Positions 55,103 through 64,000 of a DNA stretch of 64,000 nt are shown piece by piece. The number at the start of each line of letters is the position of its first letter. The first letter of the stretch is position 1. The translations under genes and the position numbers were made by a program. Origin of the DNA: an uncultured Gammaproteobacteria bacterium (GTDB taxonomy: Bacteria > Patescibacteriota > Patescibacteriia > Magasanikbacterales > GWA2-37-8); NCBI GenBank assembly GCA_964478235.1, contig CAYZGX010000002.1, positions 20,677 to 84,676 on the forward strand, in the 5' to 3' direction. Below the pieces are notes generated by a model that made no database searches, had not been told where the DNA came from, and saw only the letters and a program-made list of their open reading frames with translations.

Positions 55103-57772
55103 CTAGGTAAAGAGTAGTGCTTTAAAGCTTTCCAAGTTACTTGGGCGATTAATCCACAACCACTTTAATCCATCAACAGTGGTAAATATTTCCATTTTAT
55201 TACCCACGATGGCAGTACCGGCAGTATAAGGGTACTGTCCAGCCGCCTCTAAGGTATTTTCGACAACATCTAAATAATATATTCTTTGTGTAGTGGCGGA
55301 TACGTTGAGATATAAGCGGTCACCGCCATCATAAGCGTATTGTGCACCGGTGGTAAGCGTTTCAATCTGCGGAGTGATACTCATCGGCTCCCAGCGATTG
55401 GTGGTGATATTGAAACGATCAAAGCCGAGCGCTGCACTACCTTTGGCGGAGAAAATAAATTTACCTTTCATGTTAGCGTCGGAGGTGCCAAAACCCCACT
55501 TCATACAGGTTGCCAAACCGCGCGTTACTTCGTCGTAGACAGTGTAGGATGTTGAAGCTGCCACCGGTAGTGTGCCAGCAACAGTAATAGTCAAGACTGT
55601 AGAAGTATTTGAAGAAACGATACCTTCGATATCAGATTGGCCAGCGCCGGCGGTTTTTTTGACGCGCTTACCAGTAAAGATGTTGGTGGCCCAGGTTTGA
55701 CTACTATCGGCAATAGCGGTAGTAGTTTGGCCGGCGCCGGTGGCAATACCAGAGGTGCTCGCACCATATCCAGCACGCTCACAAATAACATACCGACCAG
55801 TACCGTTTACCGGCAATGTAGTGGCAGTTTTTAGGGTAAGCGTCGTGGCAGTATTGGAAGAGATTTCCATACCAACCGAGATGAGCGAGCCGGTGGCGGC
55901 TACTGGGTTGGCGGCGGCATAGTAAACGATATAGTTGGCCCAAGCGTTCACCGTCCAATTTTGTGAAGCGTCGGTCAGAGTGGATGTAGAAAAACCGGTA
56001 AAGGTAGCATTGCCCGATGGAGTGCCCCCCATAGTGTAGGTAAATACTGTTGCGCTGGTCACCGATACAACGGTAGTAGTGATGTTGTAGGTGGCCGCAT
56101 CGCCACCGGTGGCGCCTTGTATTTTTATATAGTCGCCAACTTTGAGACGGTGTGCGTTGACGGTGGTTACTGTTGCGGTGGTAGTAGAAAAGGTAATAGT
56201 GGAAATAGCTTGATCGCGGCGGGACAAGACGCCGGAAGAGTTGCACAAAGTAACGGTGCCTTGTGCCGGTGATCCTGAGGCAAAATTGCGTCCCAAGAAA
56301 CACATATCAGAAGGAATGCTGTACCCGATGATGGCCGATTGCACGCCCATGGCAAAGAAAATTTTGTCGTAGTCGCCAACAATAATATAGCCACTCGTGG
56401 TATCAGGAGTCGTTGTCCAAGCATTCTCCGCATACAAGGTAAGGGCGGTGGCAGTATTACTCGCAATACGTCGGCGCTGGCCAATACCGGTGCCGGAAAT
56501 AATTTCTACCATATAATTGGCCCAGCGATTGGTGGTCCAGCTAGCGGCTGGGGCGTTTGTATCAGTAAGTGTGGTACTGGTAGCAGCTGTTGCCACACCG
56601 CCTCCAAATCCTTCAATACGGTACAAAGTGGTTGTATCAGCTGGGGTGGTAATACTGCCTGCCCACGTGAGCACAGTGGCAGTATTTGAGACGATAAGAC
56701 GAATTTGATCAGCGCCCGAGGATGGTTTGGTACCAGAATAAAAACGGACATAATAGCCAGCCCATTCGTTGGTAGTCCAGTTTTTTGTGCTGTCGGTGAG
56801 GGTGGTGATAGTGCCAGAAGTCGCAGTACCCTTTTCCCACAAAGTCGCATTCAGATTTGGTTTTTCGATAGCTCCGTCGGTGGCGGCAACGTTGAGTAGG
56901 GCTGAGGTAGCTGAGCGGATATACCAGGTATCAGCAGCTACGTCGTAAAACTGAACAGTATAAAAAGGAATTGAAGCACTAGAGGAGAATAAAAAGATGC
57001 CGCCTGATTCCACAATAAAGCGTGATGAAGAATCTGGGGTGACATCCCAAGCAGTATCAACGGTGATAACAGAGCTTTCTATTTGATAGATAGAGCCAAC
57101 GCCGGCAGCTTGAGCAACAAAAGCGGTAGCCGGTGCAGCTGGGTTGGTGTTGTAGTCGATTTCGTAACCACCAGTATCAGCGTAGGTAAACACCGTGGCA
57201 GTATGGTGTAAAATTTTACGCACTGCCCCGATACCAGCGCCGTAGATAACGCGAAATTGATAACCAGCATACTGGTTGATAGCTGCGGTAGAAGTAGAAT
57301 CAGTGAAAGTTAAACCAGCACTGATGGCTGTCATGATGCCGGTTTGGGCGACCACTGGGTCAGCTACAGCAGTAATTTTGCGGCGTTGCCCCGCCCCGGT
57401 GCCCGAAACAATTTTAATATCATACCCTTTGAGCACCTGGCCGTTGTAGGCAGCAGCTGTAATGGTGGTAGCGGTAGCAGACAAAACAGCCCCTTCATAG
57501 CCATAATCACTCGAAAATTTCATGGATGCCCAAGTGGTTGGGGCAATAGTTGGGATACTTAGCTGAATGTAGGTATCATTCCAGGTGTCGTATTTGTAAA
57601 AGAGTGCCGCAGTAATGAGGTAGTAGATGTAGCGGCCGTGAGATTCGTGTGAGATGCTATTTTCAGCAGTAGTAGAACAGCTAAATGCTGCTGATACAGC
57701 TGGTGCAAAACGACACCACTTCCAGACGGGTGTATCAACTTGTCTAATGAGTTTATTAGTAGTAAGTGCCAT
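55103..57772 (-). CDS. Large (889 aa) Thr/Ala/Gly-rich secreted repeat protein
   Basis: Recurrent WxxNxW/AGxG motifs throughout. No TM helix after the N-terminus. Confidence 0.45.
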   Translation of the reverse strand: MALTTNKLIRQVDTPVWKWCRFAPAVSAAFSCSTTAENSISHESHGRYIYYLITAALFYKYDTWNDTYIQLSIPTIAPTTWASMKFSSDYGYEGAVLSATATTITAAAYNGQVLKGYDIKIVSGTGAGQRRKITAVADPVVAQTGIMTAISAGLTFTDSTSTAAINQYAGYQFRVIYGAGIGAVRKILHHTATVFTYADTGGYEIDYNTNPAAPATAFVAQAAGVGSIYQIESSVITVDTAWDVTPDSSSRFIVESGGIFLFSSSASIPFYTVQFYDVAADTWYIRSATSALLNVAATDGAIEKPNLNATLWEKGTATSGTITTLTDSTKNWTTNEWAGYYVRFYSGTKPSSGADQIRLIVSNTATVLTWAGSITTPADTTTLYRIEGFGGGVATAATSTTLTDTNAPAASWTTNRWANYMVEIISGTGIGQRRRIASNTATALTLYAENAWTTTPDTTSGYIIVGDYDKIFFAMGVQSAIIGYSIPSDMCFLGRNFASGSPAQGTVTLCNSSGVLSRRDQAISTITFSTTTATVTTVNAHRLKVGDYIKIQGATGGDAATYNITTTVVSVTSATVFTYTMGGTPSGNATFTGFSTSTLTDASQNWTVNAWANYIVYYAAANPVAATGSLISVGMEISSNTATTLTLKTATTLPVNGTGRYVICERAGYGASTSGIATGAGQTTTAIADSSQTWATNIFTGKRVKKTAGAGQSDIEGIVSSNTSTVLTITVAGTLPVAASTSYTVYDEVTRGLATCMKWGFGTSDANMKGKFIFSAKGSAALGFDRFNITTNRWEPMSITPQIETLTTGAQYAYDGGDRLYLNVSATTQRIYYLDVVENTLEAAGQYPYTAGTAIVGNKMEIFTTVDGLKWLWINRPSNLESFKALLFT

Positions 57773-57781
57773 ACAACGATG

Positions 57782-58480
57782 CTAAATTGAGCTGGTAAAA
57801 TCAAGCCCGCGACGAATAGAATTCGCGTAGGCATTATCAGCTGGATCTTGGAACATCTGGTGAGTCCAACCAGCAAGTGAAACCATGTTGGTTACCGAGG
57901 TGACGGTGGAGCAGGTAGTAACAGTAGTGACCGTACCGACAGTGGTGATTGTAGACAAGGTGAGTGAAGTGGTAATCGAATCAAGTGTCACACGTAGGCG
58001 CCGCTGAGCATCAACCGTCCCAACACCTTCAAGCAATTCAGCAATACGACGCAAGAAAAACAAGCTATCGGCCGAATCGGTCACCATGGCCGACGAAGTG
58101 TCGAAACTAGCGGTAACTGTACCAGAAATAGGTAAGGTTGTTTGGTTGCTCGCGATAACCACCGGAGTGGACGAAGCCATAACGGCCTGACCCTGCGAAG
58201 GAATTTTATTGGTGTTGGTAACAATTGTTGCCAGGTTTCCGTCTTCGGTAGCTGGGTTAACACGGGCGTTAGAGCTATTTTTTACCCCAACAACACTGGT
58301 AGACGGAGTGCTACCAAATACATAAGCTTCGGCTTTTTTGGGAGCGAGAAGCGAGCCAAAAAAACCCAAACCAGCCACCCCTAACAATTTAAAGAAGAGG
58401 CGCTTTCGTTTATCAATACGATCGTTTGTGGCAACCGGAGCAGGAGCTTTAGTTTTAGTGGGCTGTTTTTTACGTTTCAT
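57782..58480 (-). CDS. Secreted Thr-rich protein with a Tat-like (KR) signal peptide
   Basis: N-terminus KRKRLFFKLLGVAGLGFFGSLLAPKKAEA resembles (S/T)RRxFLK with a KR pair. Confidence 0.45.
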   Translation of the reverse strand: MKRKKQPTKTKAPAPVATNDRIDKRKRLFFKLLGVAGLGFFGSLLAPKKAEAYVFGSTPSTSVVGVKNSSNARVNPATEDGNLATIVTNTNKIPSQGQAVMASSTPVVIASNQTTLPISGTVTASFDTSSAMVTDSADSLFFLRRIAELLEGVGTVDAQRRLRVTLDSITTSLTLSTITTVGTVTTVTTCSTVTSVTNMVSLAGWTHQMFQDPADNAYANSIRRGLDFTSSI

Positions 58481-58663
58481 AGTACTAAATTAAAGTACGT
58501 ATACATAAAAAATAATATATAAAACTAATTATAGCACAAAATGGATAGAAGTAACAATTGAGATAGTGGGTGTAGTATATAAAACAAAAACAGCCTATCT
58601 TTAAGCTGTTTTTGAAGGGTCGCGATTTTTGCTGACACCCTTTCTGTGCGTCGCGAGAGCGCC

Positions 58664-58879
58664 TCAGCGGGTGGTGCGGGTGGCTGGTTTCGATGACGCA
58701 GTGAGCAGTGTGTGCTTTTTGGCGCGACGCAGGGCGGTGTAGGTAATCCACATGGGAGACAGAACTACACCTCCAGGAGCGATGACAAAAATGAGGGCGC
58801 CAACTACGACATTGAAATAACCGACTTTCTGGGTTAAAAGAGCGACCTTCTTGCCAACACGTCGAGCCTCTTGTAGCAC
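58664..58879 (-). CDS. Small hypothetical membrane protein in a GC-rich block
   Basis: A 71-aa ORF with one TM helix and local GC of about 55%. Weak call. Confidence 0.3.
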   Translation of the reverse strand: MLQEARRVGKKVALLTQKVGYFNVVVGALIFVIAPGGVVLSPMWITYTALRRAKKHTLLTASSKPATRTTR

Positions 58880-58949
58880 GGTTGCCTCCGGAAGAAAAAG
58901 GTTGTTTAAGAGGTCAACATGATACCACGATGTGGGGCAAAAGTCAACA

Positions 58950-59339
58950 TTATGGGGTATTCACGAACCCGACGGGGTTGCGGCGGGAGACGCGTAGTGT
59001 GAGCGCGGACCAGGGTAGTGGCAGAATACTTTTGTAATCCTGCAGCATACGGTCGAGGTCGAGCAGAGCCTTGCGCAGCAGGTTGTCATTATCTCGATCG
59101 GCTCGGTTCGCGGGGAGCGAGCCGCGCGCCACGAGCATGCCGGCTACCTGAGAAATAGTGTACGTTTCGTCAGCTTCGTACCCCTCAATGAGAATCTGCG
59201 TGAGTTCAATTTTGTTCACACATTCTGTCTCAAGCTTTTTTCTTTTCCGGTGCGATGTGCGTACCTGCCTCGGCAGGTACTTATTCAGAAAAAGATCAAG
59301 AAAACTGTGGATGACTTCTTCGGCGTTTGCATTGTTCAT
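58950..59339 (-). CDS. Hypothetical protein in a GC-rich block
   Basis: 129-aa ORF with no recognisable motif. GC is elevated. Confidence 0.4.
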   Translation of the reverse strand: MNNANAEEVIHSFLDLFLNKYLPRQVRTSHRKRKKLETECVNKIELTQILIEGYEADETYTISQVAGMLVARGSLPANRADRDNDNLLRKALLDLDRMLQDYKSILPLPWSALTLRVSRRNPVGFVNTP

Positions 59340-59610
59340 GATGCCCCTTTCCGATGGACGAGGTGGAGGTGTTCAGCTTGGTGAGACGCGGATAGTTGAG
59401 CTTCGTGTAGGATAGTACTTGTTTTGTGGATTTTGTCAATATAAAAACACCCCAATTGCTTGAAGTGTTTTAAATATTTTTTTGAGCAAAACCGTCTCAT
59501 TTTAGGTACAATGATTTGTAGCCAAAATGAGTGGACGGTTTTACTTCTAATGTTCGCCTGCCTCCCTGCACGATGCAAGGAGGGGTTGAGTGTTTCTTGT
59601 AGCTTTTACA

Positions 59611-59982
59611 CTATTCCCCGGCGCTGGGTTGGCGCACGATGTTGGTCTTGTGCCCATTGGGGTACAGGTAGACCATGATCAGCTCTTTGTTCATGATACT
59701 CGAAACGGAAAGAACTCCATTGGTCAATGCGATTTTCTTGACCGGCAGCTTGACGATATCTGGACCATCGAACTCCCAGCGGTCATCGGTCTCATCTTTG
59801 TCGTCCCTCGTAGCTACGAACAGACGACCCACCCAGGAGCAGTGAATGGTAATTTTTTCTTTTTTCTGTACGATCTTGGCGATTTCCGACCGATGCCACA
59901 CCCGGTGGCTAGTACGACCAGTTGACCAGACGCTATAGAAGACCTGCCCTCCAATGTAATGTTGCAAATCGATCTCAGCCAT
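59611..59982 (-). CDS. Hypothetical protein in a GC-rich block
   Basis: ATG at 59982 preceded by GGAGAG. 123 aa with no recognisable motif. Confidence 0.45.
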   Translation of the reverse strand: MAEIDLQHYIGGQVFYSVWSTGRTSHRVWHRSEIAKIVQKKEKITIHCSWVGRLFVATRDDKDETDDRWEFDGPDIVKLPVKKIALTNGVLSVSSIMNKELIMVYLYPNGHKTNIVRQPSAGE

Positions 59983-60350
59983 GGGCTTCTCTCCTCTTGG
60001 CAAACCGGACGTCTGTCCGTGCCAGATTGCGCGAAATGCGCAGTTTGTATTGCTTGTTTGCTCCCTGCTCTGACTAGTGATGTAACTAAAATCAGAACGG
60101 CTAATTATACAATACAATCACCTATTTGTCAATACTGCCATACCGAGTGGGACACCTCAGTATTTTTTGATATGTAGGGCAGTAGACAAAATATAAGGCA
60201 GTTTATTAAGGATAAAATGGGTATGAGGATAAAATAAAAATACCCCAGATAAACTGGAGTATTTTTATTGGTAGACCCAATGATTGAGAATTGGAACTCT
60301 TTGGTACAGGAAATAGGTAGGTGGAAGGTGGTTTTACAAGCTATATAAAC

Positions 60351-61166
60351 CTAATTGTCCAAACACTTTATGTATTCAGAATTATAGTTGCTATCGTAGT
60401 TAGCTGGATGTTCTGGTTTACGACTTAACTCATAATAAAACTGTGCAGTTTGCGTGTCACCTGCTTCTTGGGCTTTTTCAAAGGCTAGCAGATAGTCTCT
60501 CCTAGCTACACCGTCTGCATAATTCTTTGCTTGAGTTTTACACTTTTCTATTTTTATCGCTGGGTCAATGGTCTTGCGTACTTGGGTTACAGGCTTTACT
60601 TGTGTACTTGTTGTTGGTTGTAAATTTAGTGAGTCTAATAACTGTTTAATTTCTGAATATTGAGCCTCGCTTCCTGTAACATCGAAAATTGCTTTTTTCA
60701 TGTCTGAAATCTGTTTTTCTTTAATCGGGTCACCTGCAATATAAGCCTCAACGAATGCCTTCGCCTCATTCTCTCTTTGAGAAATTTCGGCAGTAGCAAT
60801 CACATAATAAATTACAGCGTCTTCACCAGCACAATTTTTCTGCCCAGATATCAACCAAGAATTAAAAGATACTGTTACCTGTGTTTTTTTCTGGGCTAAT
60901 TCTTCAAGTTTTGAATATACCTTTGGGTCAACAACACAATACTCATCTTCTTGAGAAGATTGTGGGTCGGTTTTAACGTAAGCCCTAAATGTCTTGAAAT
61001 ACAACCCTCTTCTTTCAACCGCAGTAACATAACCAGTATGTTCACCCACCGTAGTTTCATGGTGAATGCCGCTAATTAATGCGTATAACGCACCTATGAA
61101 TAGAACAACTATAACCAAAGTACCATTAATGAATTTCATATGATTGTTATTCTTTTTTTCTACCAA
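60351..61166 (-). CDS. Hypothetical membrane-anchored protein in an AT-rich block
   Basis: N-terminal TM helix. About 37% GC. Confidence 0.45.
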   Translation of the reverse strand: MVEKKNNNHMKFINGTLVIVVLFIGALYALISGIHHETTVGEHTGYVTAVERRGLYFKTFRAYVKTDPQSSQEDEYCVVDPKVYSKLEELAQKKTQVTVSFNSWLISGQKNCAGEDAVIYYVIATAEISQRENEAKAFVEAYIAGDPIKEKQISDMKKAIFDVTGSEAQYSEIKQLLDSLNLQPTTSTQVKPVTQVRKTIDPAIKIEKCKTQAKNYADGVARRDYLLAFEKAQEAGDTQTAQFYYELSRKPEHPANYDSNYNSEYIKCLDN

Positions 61167-61797
61167 AAATAATGTATAAGAAGCCTTTAAAATATAATAC
61201 TAGGCACAAAGTAATCCAACAGAACCAGATAAGAATTGAGAACAATGCGACATGAAGAAAAAAAGCATTGCTTCTTTCATACTTAACTATGTTTTCATAG
61301 GCACATTTGTCACGTTTATCTTCATGTATTAAGCAAACTCGGTTTTTTTCATGAACTAAATTAAGGATGCTTTCTTTTATCGTTGTTTTCATTTTTTCAG
61401 ATTCCTTCTTGTAATCAGAAGACACAAGTGGTAAAGCGGTATCAAGTGAATTTTCTAAATTTCTATTACAATAACTCTGTTCTTTGAGTTTGTATTCGTA
61501 TAACCAAGTATACTCATCTTCCAGTACGTTAAGACAGCCGAACTCGCCATTCAAAGCTAAAAAATCTGGTACGACATTGCCTGTTTTGTAAGACTTTCTA
61601 GTAAAATCCTCAATGGAATATATTATTTTTGTGTTTGATGGTTTTAGTTCGATACCGTGATACAACCCAATAGGTGTAACTATTATTAGGAAAGTAGTCG
61701 TGACAACAAAGACTACTTTTAATAATCTATGCCACCATCTTGAAGTTAGATTCAAATCTGGGCGGAAAAAGGACTTTATTTTATTACTCATATTCAT
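61147..61797 (-). CDS. Hypothetical two-TM protein in an AT-rich block
   Basis: TM helices near the N- and C-termini. Overlaps the downstream gene by 20 bp. Confidence 0.45.
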   Translation of the reverse strand: MNMSNKIKSFFRPDLNLTSRWWHRLLKVVFVVTTTFLIIVTPIGLYHGIELKPSNTKIIYSIEDFTRKSYKTGNVVPDFLALNGEFGCLNVLEDEYTWLYEYKLKEQSYCNRNLENSLDTALPLVSSDYKKESEKMKTTIKESILNLVHEKNRVCLIHEDKRDKCAYENIVKYERSNAFFLHVALFSILIWFCWITLCLVLYFKGFLYIIFGRKKE

Positions 61798-61859
61798 AAA
61801 TAATGGGTATTTCTACCCATAGTTAAAGCTAACTAGATTGTATCTCTAAGATTGCTTTT

Positions 61860-62468
61860 TTACAAGTTTTCGCTAAGTAAAGGCAATAATTTTCTCTGTT
61901 TTTCCATCTCCTGTTCAAGGGTATAATGTGCAGAATAGTAAACATTATTAGTTAACCGAAGCAAAATGGGCGCTTTTACCTCTACCATAAATCTGCGATT
62001 CTCCTCAGTTAAGCCGCCCGACTGCTTAAGGTTATCAGTTAAGTCAGCTAATTTGATACGCCACGCATCTTCGTTTTTGGCTTCCGTGAGTCTCGCAATC
62101 ATGAGTAGCCATCGTTCAGTGTGGTCTGTAACGTCCATAGGGTGAGTGCAAAGCCTGATAAGCTCAATGGTACGCTCTGTAAAACCCATATTCTTTAGTT
62201 CTTCGAATGATATGCCACCATCTTCAACAATGTCATGTAGCAAGGCTGCGGTAAACAAATCATAATCAGGGTCATCCCAGTGATGACAAGTGCTTACCAA
62301 ATCTCGAACACGAAAAGAATGCGTGTAATTTTGTTCGTCTGGAAGACCTTTGCGAGTTCCTTTAATATGTTTTTTTACGAGCGTTTCAGCCTTTTTAGTA
62401 AGTTCATCGCATTTTGCATAGTAATCTGATAAAGAATGTGTTGACTCAGTATTTTTTATATTTTTCAT
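61860..62468 (-). CDS. Standalone HD-domain phosphohydrolase (SpoT-hydrolase-like)
   Basis: H...HD...D pattern: YTHSFRV, LLHDIVEDGG, KLADLTDN. Confidence 0.65.
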   Translation of the reverse strand: MKNIKNTESTHSLSDYYAKCDELTKKAETLVKKHIKGTRKGLPDEQNYTHSFRVRDLVSTCHHWDDPDYDLFTAALLHDIVEDGGISFEELKNMGFTERTIELIRLCTHPMDVTDHTERWLLMIARLTEAKNEDAWRIKLADLTDNLKQSGGLTEENRRFMVEVKAPILLRLTNNVYYSAHYTLEQEMEKQRKLLPLLSENL

Positions 62469-62764
62469 ATGTTTATTGTTAGGTGAATTAAATTAGTGCT
62501 TGATGTTTTCTGCTTTAAAAGCGAACGACCTTTAAAAACAAAAAAGCGGCTAAGAGATTAAATCCAGTCTATGACTGAATGAAATCTCCCAACCGCTTAG
62601 GTTAGTCATATATTACATTGGTTTCCAGCAGATTTCCCTGGTTACCTATCTCAACTAAGTTGAGAAGTACTACATGGCCTGATTAGTGACAGGCTGACAG
62701 TTTAAATTGTGAAGAGTACATGTATATTTTACCACGATTTCAAGGTTTTGTCAACGAAGCATAA

Positions 62765-64000
62765 CTAGCCGCCGAGAACTTTTAAAGTCCGAATAACATA
62801 GCTTTTTAATTCACCTTCGCTAATTGACACTCCATCTGCCGCAGGGTGGTGATACTTTTTTGAGTAATCGTTAATACTACTCAGTTCAGCTTCAAGACCA
62901 TGTAGCGATTTAGGTAAATCTGCTTGGTTTACGGCTGCCATTTTCGACAGCAGGTCTCCCAGCCATTCAGCAGGCAAAAATAATTTTGGTAACTTAAAAC
63001 GAAGATAACCTTCAAGAACTGGCCTGATACATCTTGCGACGCCAATCAAGCTTGAATACTCACCTGTGTCAGCAAATTTATTGAGAGTTTCAATGTCTCG
63101 AAGATATGTGTTTAGGGCATGATGAGCTACGTCCCACTCCACAATAGTACTGCTGTTTGCAACTCGTTTAACTTCTAAGCATTTAAGGTCGAGAGCTTTG
63201 GCTTCGTTCCAAACAGAAATTAAAAATTGTAAATCATGAGACATTACGATTGTTTGTTTTGCTTTTGCCGCCATAAGCATTATTTCTTGCTGAGTGGAGG
63301 TCTTTCGGTGAATGTCGAGACTAGTAATCGGGTCGTCAAAAATAACTACTTTATCGCATATGTTTGCGTCCTGGTCTAGGCGTGCCAAGAAGAAGGCAAA
63401 AGCCAAGGTGCTCTTATCACCATCACTCAATATGGACTTAAATGAGGGTTCTCCAATAGCGCCATCAAGGTTGATTGGAGCACCATTAATTTCAATGCAG
63501 TAACTTGAGCTTGGTGTGCCACCGCTATATCCTTTTCTAGTCTGTGCAATTCTGAATGATACCCCAAACTTTTCCAGGTAGGCATTTATACTTGTTTCAA
63601 ACCTTTCCAGCAGCGTCTTATCAAAGGAATCGAGGTCATCTTTTGCAACCCTTTTTTTCTCTTCAAGTTCTGTTTTTTCATTTCTTAATTTTTTCCAGGC
63701 GTTACATAATTCGGTAGCTAAAGGTGTATGTCGATTCTTTAGGCAGTTGAGTGTGCTAAGTTTATTTTGCTCAGTAAGTAAGTTTCCAGAACCCGCAGAT
63801 GTTTTTTTGGTTGCTAAAATAGCGTTAATGTCGGCAACTTCTTTGTTGTATGCAGTCACTAATTTTTCGATTTCACCAAACTCCAGTAGTGCTGCCGCCA
63901 AATTTGGCTCAACGTTGATAATTTCAAGCGGAGCATCAGTTTTGCGTTTAAGATGTTCGGTGATTTCAGTTTGAAGCTTGTCCCAGGCCTCTTTCAAATC
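62765..64000 (-). CDS. AAA_13-type ABC ATPase (PrrC/RloC-like), N-terminus outside the window
   Basis: Coiled-coil segment, ABC signature-like LSDGDKSTLAFAFFLA, Walker B VVIFDDPITSLD and H-loop MSHD. The C-terminal ~170-aa domain has R-x3-E plus His. Walker A is absent from the window, so the gene continues past 64000. Confidence 0.55.
   Translation of the reverse strand, partial: DLKEAWDKLQTEITEHLKRKTDAPLEIINVEPNLAAALLEFGEIEKLVTAYNKEVADINAILATKKTSAGSGNLLTEQNKLSTLNCLKNRHTPLATELCNAWKKLRNEKTELEEKKRVAKDDLDSFDKTLLERFETSINAYLEKFGVSFRIAQTRKGYSGGTPSSSYCIEINGAPINLDGAIGEPSFKSILSDGDKSTLAFAFFLARLDQDANICDKVVIFDDPITSLDIHRKTSTQQEIMLMAAKAKQTIVMSHDLQFLISVWNEAKALDLKCLEVKRVANSSTIVEWDVAHHALNTYLRDIETLNKFADTGEYSSLIGVARCIRPVLEGYLRFKLPKLFLPAEWLGDLLSKMAAVNQADLPKSLHGLEAELSSINDYSKKYHHPAADGVSISEGELKSYVIRTLKVLGG

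Overview
This is a compact bacterial chromosomal segment of about 45-50% GC whose backbone is core housekeeping genes. In order they are asnS (5' partial), rsmB/F-like, parA-parB, rel/spoT, topA, dprA, pth, der, an LCP-family gene, recG, radA, clpC-like, a PMM/PGM gene, htpX, upp, lemA, rseP, pheS-pheT, dnaE, tsaD, hupB and tatA-tatC. I read three tRNAs by hand: Leu-CAA, Arg-GCG and Met-CAT. Genes are tightly packed, many intergenic regions carry clear intrinsic terminators, and three promoters match TTGACA-N17-TAnAnT exactly. Four stretches of atypical composition interrupt the backbone. (1) A roughly 3.3-kb island of about 64% GC sits immediately 3' of tRNA-Arg at about 15.5-18.8 kb. It carries a large serine recombinase and one 500-aa cargo protein whose C-terminus has RecB-like PD-(D/E)xK nuclease motifs. 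The cargo is bracketed by 38-bp direct repeats. Beyond it lie two long perfect palindromes and extra copies of the tRNA T-loop 10-mer that look like an attR. (2) A GC-rich lipoprotein gene at about 46.4-47.2 kb. (3) A GC-rich trio of small ORFs at about 58.6-60.1 kb. (4) An AT-rich block at about 60.3-64 kb with membrane proteins, a standalone HD-domain protein and a partial AAA_13/PrrC-RloC-like ABC ATPase. A large minus-strand operon at 48-58 kb encodes secreted or anchored proteins. Two of them have cohesin-like N-domains, and an 845-aa repeat protein ends in a tandem dockerin-like module. These sit next to tatA-tatC. No CRISPR array and no rRNA are present. The recombinase plus nuclease-like cargo cassette is my best candidate for a new mobile defence-like system, and the cohesin/dockerin surface cluster is second. 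All functional calls come from motif recognition by eye, with no database searches.
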